Source: an uncultured Gammaproteobacteria bacterium (GTDB lineage Bacteria > Patescibacteriota > Patescibacteriia > VMEV01 > CAYQCH01). Taken from it: a stretch of 64,000 nt of DNA. Positions within the stretch are counted from its first letter, which is position 1, and each line of letters starts with the position of its first letter. Both the position numbers and the translations under genes were made by a program. Below the pieces are notes generated by a model. That model was not told the origin of the DNA. It saw only the letters and a list, made by a program, of their open reading frames with translations, and searched no databases. Location: positions 125,942-189,941 of the forward strand of contig CAYGRO010000001.1 in the NCBI GenBank assembly GCA_964352335.1, read 5' to 3'. Positions 58,049-64,000 of the stretch are shown here, piece after piece.

Positions 58049-59584
58049 ATGTCTGCATACGAAGCTATTATCGGACTAGAAGTCCATGTACAGCTAAAAA
58101 CTAAATCAAAAATGTTTGCCCCGGTAGATAATCGAGCAGACGAATTACCACCAAATACGGCTATTAGCCCCTATTGTTTAGCACACCCAGGAACATTGCC
58201 AGTCGCTAACCAACAAGCTATTGAATGGTCTGCCATGACCGCAATGGCGCTAAATTGTGAAATCCCAGAAGTTTCAAAATTTGACCGAAAACATTACTTT
58301 TACCCTGATCTTCCAAAAGGATACCAAATTTCACAATTCGACCAACCAATTGGAATCAATGGAAAACTCAAAGTAACTTTAGAAGACGGAATACAATCTG
58401 AAATCCGCGTAAACCGATTGCATTTAGAAGAAGATGCAGCCAAATTAACGCATTCTGACCAAGGAAGTTTTGTCGACTTTAATCGTGCAGGAACACCATT
58501 AATGGAAATTGTAAGTGAAGCAGATATTCGAAATGCAGACGAAGCTAAAGCTTACTTGCAAGAAATCCGAGCGATTGTTCGATACCTTAATGTATCAGAC
58601 GCCGATATGGAAAAAGGAAATATGCGTTGTGATGTAAATATTTCTTTACGACCAATCGGTGAATCGCAACTATATACAAAAACAGAAATCAAAAACGTAA
58701 ACTCTTTCCGTGCTGTAGAACGCTCTATTAAATACGAAATCGCTCGTCAAACCGAACTTTGGGATGAAGGAAACCCACCAGATATTACAACAACACGTGG
58801 ATGGAATGACACATTACAAAAAACGGAAGAACAACGAGAAAAAGAAGATTCAGCAGACTATCGATATTTCCCAGAACCAGATTTACCCCCTATTCGATTT
58901 GGCTATAATTTAGATGAAGATGCCAAATCAAAAGGTGTAATCGATTTACGCTTGCTTGAAGCAGAATTACCAGAACTTCCAGCAAAAAAACGAGATCGTT
59001 TTATGGAAGAATATGGTTTAACTCCTACGGAAGTAAGTGCTTTTGTATACGACGTTGATTTAGCTGGATATTTAGAAAATGTTATTTCTGAATTACAAAA
59101 TTGGTGTAAAGATGCCAATATCGACTGGGAAAAAGACAAAAGTAAGTTGATTAAATCAGCAAGTGGATGGATGACAAGTAAATTAATGAAAATTTTACTT
59201 GACGAAGACCTGCCTGCCGGACAGGCAGGAAAGAATATCACAGACACTAAAGCAGACCCAGAAAACTTAGCAGAGTTGATTGTGATGCTTCATAAAGGAG
59301 AAATTAATTCTTCTATTGGTCAAAAAGTTCTTCAAATCATGCATGAAACAGGTGGAGACCCTAGCAATATCGTAGAAACAAAAGGTTGGGGGCAAGTAAA
59401 TGATGAAGGAGCATTAGAAGAAGCCGCTAAAAAAGCGATTGAAGACAATCCAAAAGTTGCTGAAGACTATAGAAATGGAACAGAAAACGCTATTCAATTC
59501 CTTTTAGGACAAGTGATGAAAAATACTCAAGGAAAAGCGAATCCTCAGGCTGCGATTGAAACCTTGAAGAAGTTGCTTTCATAA
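58049..59584 (+). CDS. gatB: Asp-tRNA(Asn)/Glu-tRNA(Gln) amidotransferase subunit B
   Basis: Full-length GatB. Contains an in-frame GC palindrome cctgcctgccggacaggcagg at about 59205. Confidence 0.9.
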   Translation: MSAYEAIIGLEVHVQLKTKSKMFAPVDNRADELPPNTAISPYCLAHPGTLPVANQQAIEWSAMTAMALNCEIPEVSKFDRKHYFYPDLPKGYQISQFDQPIGINGKLKVTLEDGIQSEIRVNRLHLEEDAAKLTHSDQGSFVDFNRAGTPLMEIVSEADIRNADEAKAYLQEIRAIVRYLNVSDADMEKGNMRCDVNISLRPIGESQLYTKTEIKNVNSFRAVERSIKYEIARQTELWDEGNPPDITTTRGWNDTLQKTEEQREKEDSADYRYFPEPDLPPIRFGYNLDEDAKSKGVIDLRLLEAELPELPAKKRDRFMEEYGLTPTEVSAFVYDVDLAGYLENVISELQNWCKDANIDWEKDKSKLIKSASGWMTSKLMKILLDEDLPAGQAGKNITDTKADPENLAELIVMLHKGEINSSIGQKVLQIMHETGGDPSNIVETKGWGQVNDEGALEEAAKKAIEDNPKVAEDYRNGTENAIQFLLGQVMKNTQGKANPQAAIETLKKLLS

Positions 59585-59660
59585 ATGACCTCTCTGTCTC
59601 TAGTCGCTACCGCTCCGCGAGACATCCCTGCCTGCCGGCAGGCTGGTCTCCTTACGGGCG

Positions 59661-60227
59661 TTGCCCTATGAGAGAAATACATCATATAAATTTTACGTTT
59701 TTACACTTTACACTTTTACACCTATGTCTGAAGAAGAAACAAAACAACCCTTTGCACAAACAATGAACGATCGAATTGCGGATACAACAATTCAAGATCA
59801 AATCGATAATGACTATAAAACAGCCTTTAAAGCAAAAGAAGAAAAGAAATATAAGGCTTTACGACATGTTTTAGCCAAGCTTAAACAAGTAACTATTGAT
59901 ACTCGAAAAGAACTAAATGACGAAGATATTATTAAAATCTTAAAGTCAGAAGTGAAAAGCCGAAAAGATGCTTTAGAGCAATTTAAAGCAGGAAAACGTG
60001 ATGACCTAATTGAACAAACTGAATACGAAATCTCTGAAATTGAAAACTATCTTCCCGCTCAAATGTCAGATGAAGATTTAGAAAAAGCTGTTAAAGAAGC
60101 TTTAGCAGAATCAGGAGCAACAAGCCCTGCAGATATGGGCAAAGCTATGGGTGCTGCGATGAAAAAAGTTGGAAGTGATGCTGATGGAGGAAGAGTGAAG
60201 GAGATGGTGAGTAGATTACTTAAATAA
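59661..60227 (+). CDS. GatB/YqeY domain protein
   Basis: YqeY signature helices; probable start 59724. Confidence 0.7.
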   Translation: MPYERNTSYKFYVFTLYTFTPMSEEETKQPFAQTMNDRIADTTIQDQIDNDYKTAFKAKEEKKYKALRHVLAKLKQVTIDTRKELNDEDIIKILKSEVKSRKDALEQFKAGKRDDLIEQTEYEISEIENYLPAQMSDEDLEKAVKEALAESGATSPADMGKAMGAAMKKVGSDADGGRVKEMVSRLLK

Positions 60228-60292
60228 AACTTAAAATCTGAAAAGCTAAAAAACTGAAAACGCCCCACTATTTATTTTTCATCTGATAAATT

Positions 60293-60652
60293 ATGAGTGG
60301 GCGGAAATATCAACAATTAGAAAACCGAACAACGGAATTTGCAAGAAATGTTGTTCGGTTTTCATATACTTTAAAAAATGACTTTTTGATCAAACCAATA
60401 CTGCTACAAATAGTTCGATCATCATCGTCAATTGGAGCAAACTATCATGAAATGAATGAATCTAGAACAATTAAAGAAAAAATACATATACTCTCCATCA
60501 TCAAACGTGAGATAAATGAAACAGTTCACTGGCTCTCTATTCTAGAAGTAGCAGAAAATGTTAATAAAACAAGACTCACCTCCTTAAAAGCTGAATGCAA
60601 AGAACTAAAAAATATTTTTGTCACAATCCTATTTGCACTAAAACGAAAATAA
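60293..60652 (+). CDS. four-helix-bundle protein (23S rRNA intervening-sequence protein family)
   Basis: IVRSSSSIGANYHE motif. Flanked by AT-rich inverted repeats at 60228..60260 and 60655..60700. Confidence 0.7.
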   Translation: MSGRKYQQLENRTTEFARNVVRFSYTLKNDFLIKPILLQIVRSSSSIGANYHEMNESRTIKEKIHILSIIKREINETVHWLSILEVAENVNKTRLTSLKAECKELKNIFVTILFALKRK

Positions 60653-60684
60653 CAATTTTTTTAGCTTTTTAGTTTTTCAGATTT

Positions 60685-61689
60685 TTAGCTTTTATGATGT
60701 AAAAATTCTTTTGTAAGTTTTTGAGCTTCACCAAGCTCACACCACCTCACATCCCCATGTTTTCTCCACCAAGTAAGTTGTCTTTTGGCATAGTGACGCG
60801 TTACCTTTTTGCTTTCTTCCAAGGCTTGCTCTAAAGACCATTCACCTTGTAAATATTTCCCTATTTGCTGGTATGCATGCCCTGTCATGGCAACAACATC
60901 ATATCCATATTTTTCTCCCACAGCTTTTACTTCTTCGACTAATCCGAGTTCTACCATTTTATCTACACGTTGGTTAATACGATCATAAACTTCTTCTCGA
61001 TCAATTGTTGGCGCTAAGTAAAGTGGTTGATATTTAGGATCTAGCTTATTTAAAGATTTATTCATTCTCCCTTGAACAGCAATTTCAATAGCTCTAATCA
61101 TTCTTCGTCTATTGGTTAAATCAATTTTTTTTGTTGACTTACTATCTACTGCATCTAAATACCGAATAAGCTCTACATCACTTAATCGATCTAATTCATT
61201 TCGTAATTCTTTATCTGGTTCCACTTCTGGAATTTGCCAATTTTCTAAAATAGCTGATGTGTACAGAGATGTCCCGCCAACTAAAATTGGTGTTTTCCCT
61301 CTTTGGATAATATCTTCAATAATTCCAAAAGCAAGTGTTTGAAAATGCGCTAAAGTTAAAACGTCAGCAGGAGAAACAACACTCATCATATAATGAGGAA
61401 TTCCATCTACTTCATAAACTGACTCCACCGCTTCTTGTAAAGATAATGGAGAACTCATTTGCTCTAACTTATCTTCGTATTCATCAAAAACCCAATGCTT
61501 AACATCATTGCGCTCAGTGTGAACAAGTTTACCTGGTTCTTTATTTGTCCCAATATCCATTTCTTTATAAATTTGTCGAGAATCTGCCGAGATTACTTCC
61601 CCATTAAATTTTTTTGCCAAATCTAAAGCCATATCAGATTTCCCTGAAGCTGTTGTTCCGACGACAGCAATGATTTTGGGTAAAGACAT
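60685..61689 (-). CDS. miaA: tRNA dimethylallyltransferase
   Basis: P-loop GTTASGKS. Confidence 0.9.
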   Translation of the reverse strand: MSLPKIIAVVGTTASGKSDMALDLAKKFNGEVISADSRQIYKEMDIGTNKEPGKLVHTERNDVKHWVFDEYEDKLEQMSSPLSLQEAVESVYEVDGIPHYMMSVVSPADVLTLAHFQTLAFGIIEDIIQRGKTPILVGGTSLYTSAILENWQIPEVEPDKELRNELDRLSDVELIRYLDAVDSKSTKKIDLTNRRRMIRAIEIAVQGRMNKSLNKLDPKYQPLYLAPTIDREEVYDRINQRVDKMVELGLVEEVKAVGEKYGYDVVAMTGHAYQQIGKYLQGEWSLEQALEESKKVTRHYAKRQLTWWRKHGDVRWCELGEAQKLTKEFLHHKS

Positions 61690-61806
61690 AAATGGGATAT
61701 GGGTTATGAGTGATGAGTTACAGGTTTCAAGTTGAAGGTTAAAAGTTCGGGGTATTCATACATTAGTAAATTGGCATCATATCAAACGAAATCACAGGAA
61801 TAAGAA

Positions 61807-63156
61807 CTAAACAAGCTCCCCTTTCATTCCAAATGATTTAACTTCGATAATGCTCACATCAACAAATTGCCCGGTATAATCTCGAGCAGAATCGAAATGA
61901 ACATTTTTCCAAAGGTCCGTTTTTCCTTTATTCGTCTTGATCCCATCTTTCCCTTCTTTGATTTCATCAACAAGAACACGAACCGATTTTCCTACATAGG
62001 GCATATTCTTTTCCAAAGCAGTTTCTTTCAAAATTTCATTAACGGCTTCTTCTCGTCTTTTCTTTTCATCCCATGGAATCGTATCTTCATATTTTCGTTC
62101 AGCTACTGTTCCAGGCCTAGGAGAGTATTTGTTTAAATAGGCCATATCGTACCGAACTTCTGACATTAAATTTAGCGTTTCTTGAAATTCTTCTTCTGTT
62201 TCTCCACAAAACCCAACAATAATATCGGTAGATAATGCAATAGGGTTTAATAATTCTCGAATTTTAGCTACACGTTCTTTATAATGCTCGACCGTATAAT
62301 GTCGATTCATCTTTTTGATGATAGCATTTGAACCAGCTTGAACAGGAAGATTAATCCAATTTACAATTTTTTCATTCTTCGCCATGGTTTCAATCAATTT
62401 ATCTGACATATCATAAGGATGGCTTGTCACATAACGAATCCAAAAATCACCTGGGATATCTGCCACCATTTGCAAAAGATCAGAAAAATCGATTGATTGT
62501 TGTGGCGCTTCTCCAGCTTCCTCAGCTTTTCTATTCATGACAAGTAATCCACGTTTTTCTTGCTCAATATCGATCTTTCCTAAATAGCTATTTACGTTTT
62601 GGCCAAGTAAAGTGATTTCTTTATATCCTTGCTCCACTAACTTTTTACATTCATTCACAATATCTTGTGCTGGGCGAGAAATTTCTCTTCCTCGAGTATA
62701 GGGAACAGCGCAATAGGTACAAAATTTATCGCAACCAGTCATGATTGGAATAAAGGCCTTGAATTCTGAATTATGTTTTGGCGCTACAGCAAAATAATGT
62801 TCTAAATCTAAAGCAGCTCCTTCACCCAATACTTCTGGAATTTTTGGAATATCTTCTAAGTCGACAATATGGTCAAATTCTTTTCCAAGTCTTTCTCGAT
62901 CATGTTTTAAAATACATCCAGTTAAAATTGTTGTTAACTCTCCTTTTTCTTGCCTTGGCCGCCAATGACGCAACATTCCATAAATTCTATCCATAGATGT
63001 TTGTCTAATTGCACAAGAATTCACAACCAATACCGAAGCATCTTTTTCGTCTATAGCTTCTGAATACCCAATCGATTGAAAAACCGAAGAAACCCGTTCG
63101 GAATCTGAACGGTTTTGCTGACAACCAAGTGTAAGAATATGATATTTTTTCGACAT
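61807..63156 (-). CDS. miaB: tRNA-2-methylthio-N6-dimethylallyladenosine synthase (radical SAM)
   Basis: CxxxCxxC (CDKFCTYCAVP) and TRAM domain. The track ORF extends to 63210; start chosen at MSKKYHIL. Confidence 0.85.
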   Translation of the reverse strand: MSKKYHILTLGCQQNRSDSERVSSVFQSIGYSEAIDEKDASVLVVNSCAIRQTSMDRIYGMLRHWRPRQEKGELTTILTGCILKHDRERLGKEFDHIVDLEDIPKIPEVLGEGAALDLEHYFAVAPKHNSEFKAFIPIMTGCDKFCTYCAVPYTRGREISRPAQDIVNECKKLVEQGYKEITLLGQNVNSYLGKIDIEQEKRGLLVMNRKAEEAGEAPQQSIDFSDLLQMVADIPGDFWIRYVTSHPYDMSDKLIETMAKNEKIVNWINLPVQAGSNAIIKKMNRHYTVEHYKERVAKIRELLNPIALSTDIIVGFCGETEEEFQETLNLMSEVRYDMAYLNKYSPRPGTVAERKYEDTIPWDEKKRREEAVNEILKETALEKNMPYVGKSVRVLVDEIKEGKDGIKTNKGKTDLWKNVHFDSARDYTGQFVDVSIIEVKSFGMKGELV

Positions 63157-63230
63157 AAAAAACACTTTCTTTGAAGTACTACAATACAAGAAAACAGGCC
63201 TAATTGTCAATGAGGTTTTGACAACTTAAC

Positions 63231-63322
63231 ACCCCCTAACCCCCTCCATTCTATAGAGGGGGAAGAAAATGTGTCTAGTATTACCTTCCCCTTCTAAGGT
63301 AGGAGGGGGACTGAGGGGTGGT
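63231..63322. repeat. GC-rich palindromic REP-like element (copy R4)
   Basis: ccccctaaccccctcc-attctata-gagggggaag ... ccccttctaaggtaggaggggga ... ggggtgg. Close homologue of R3. Confidence 0.55.
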
Positions 63323-63325
63323 AAA

Positions 63326-64000
63326 TCACAGCGTATCTTCAATCGTAAATGGAACAATAGTCATTGCGAAGAGAAATATCGCTAAAGTCATAAATACATG
63401 GCCTAAACCGAATCCTAGTGCCAAAATAAGGGATGCCAATACCGGACTAATCATATAAGCAATTGACCGAGTATTTCTAAACAGATTAATCAAATCTAAG
63501 TCTGTTTCATCCACTTTTTTATAAAAGTAGACATCACGCATAATTTCTACAAAAGCAGCACCAATTCTTGAACAAAATAAAACTAACATCATTCCCCAAA
63601 ATGATGAGGCATATAATAACGCTAAAACTGAAATCCCAATAATGGCAAACCCTAAAGTAAGCATTTCTGTTTCCCCAAAATATCTATCAGCAAGCCATCC
63701 AGCTGGATATTCAATCAAAACAAAAGGCACAAGCATAACGGTAAAGAGTGAACCGATTTGCTCCCAAGAAAAACCAGATTCTAATAAGTAAATAGGCGTA
63801 TAAATAACCATCCATGAATAAAATAAATACAAAGCAAAGGCAATAAAATAAATTCCACGTAAATCTTTATCTTGATGTACTTTTTTTATTGTTGCTAATA
63901 ATTTAGCATGCGGTTTGAATGTAGTGTGTTTTTCGTTTTTATAAGCAAAAAAGATCATTAACCATACAGGTATCAAGATAATCCCCGAAACAAAATACGC
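63326..64000 (-). CDS. MFS-type transporter, C-terminal part (gene continues past the window end)
   Basis: Multiple TM helices. ORF is open to position 64000. Confidence 0.55.
   Translation of the reverse strand, partial: AYFVSGIILIPVWLMIFFAYKNEKHTTFKPHAKLLATIKKVHQDKDLRGIYFIAFALYLFYSWMVIYTPIYLLESGFSWEQIGSLFTVMLVPFVLIEYPAGWLADRYFGETEMLTLGFAIIGISVLALLYASSFWGMMLVLFCSRIGAAFVEIMRDVYFYKKVDETDLDLINLFRNTRSIAYMISPVLASLILALGFGLGHVFMTLAIFLFAMTIVPFTIEDTL

Overview
The window is a low-GC (about 35%) bacterial chromosome segment with compact housekeeping genes and an AT-rich, SD-poor style that may reflect a small-genome lineage (inference only).

Recognisable housekeeping content:
- Translation and RNA modification: hpf, mutM, glyQS, argS, smpB with tmRNA, infC-rpmI-rplT, rlmN, gatB, miaA, miaB, tRNA-Ile and tRNA-Asp.
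- A copper homeostasis operon on the minus strand: csoR, an HMA-permease fusion, copZ, copA.
- A dNTP metabolism cluster: dcd, thyA, a DHFR-family gene, two nucleoside deoxyribosyltransferase paralogs, dgt and tmk.

Accessory content, most interesting first:
1. A roughly 4.7 kb very AT-rich island bounded by an intact tRNA-Asp and a 61-nt direct repeat of its 3' end. It carries two class II aaRS catalytic-core paralogs, an S66 (MccF/LdcA-type) peptidase, a SAM methyltransferase and an HD hydrolase. I read this as a candidate aminoacyl-nucleotide (microcin C-like) biosynthesis or immunity locus.
2. An operon of three RimK-like ATP-grasp ligases.
3. At least nine high-GC (about 50-57%) single-gene cassettes, each with a native-looking AT-rich promoter and its own terminator. 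They include two tandem single-domain response regulators plus a 35-aa peptide.
4. A RAYT/IS200-like Y1 transposase carrying an in-frame GC-rich perfect palindrome, together with a CCCTCC/GGAGGG palindromic REP-like repeat family at four intergenic loci.
5. Two unclassified promoter-to-terminator non-coding transcripts of about 440 and 360 nt, and a tRNA-like gene with a non-canonical anticodon loop.
6. A 48-aa Cys/Gly/Glu-rich repeat peptide next to a DUF1399-like protein.
7. Recurrent CCATG-rich and TTCGTA motif arrays in promoter regions.

Every call is from reading the sequence and recalling family motifs. No searches were run.
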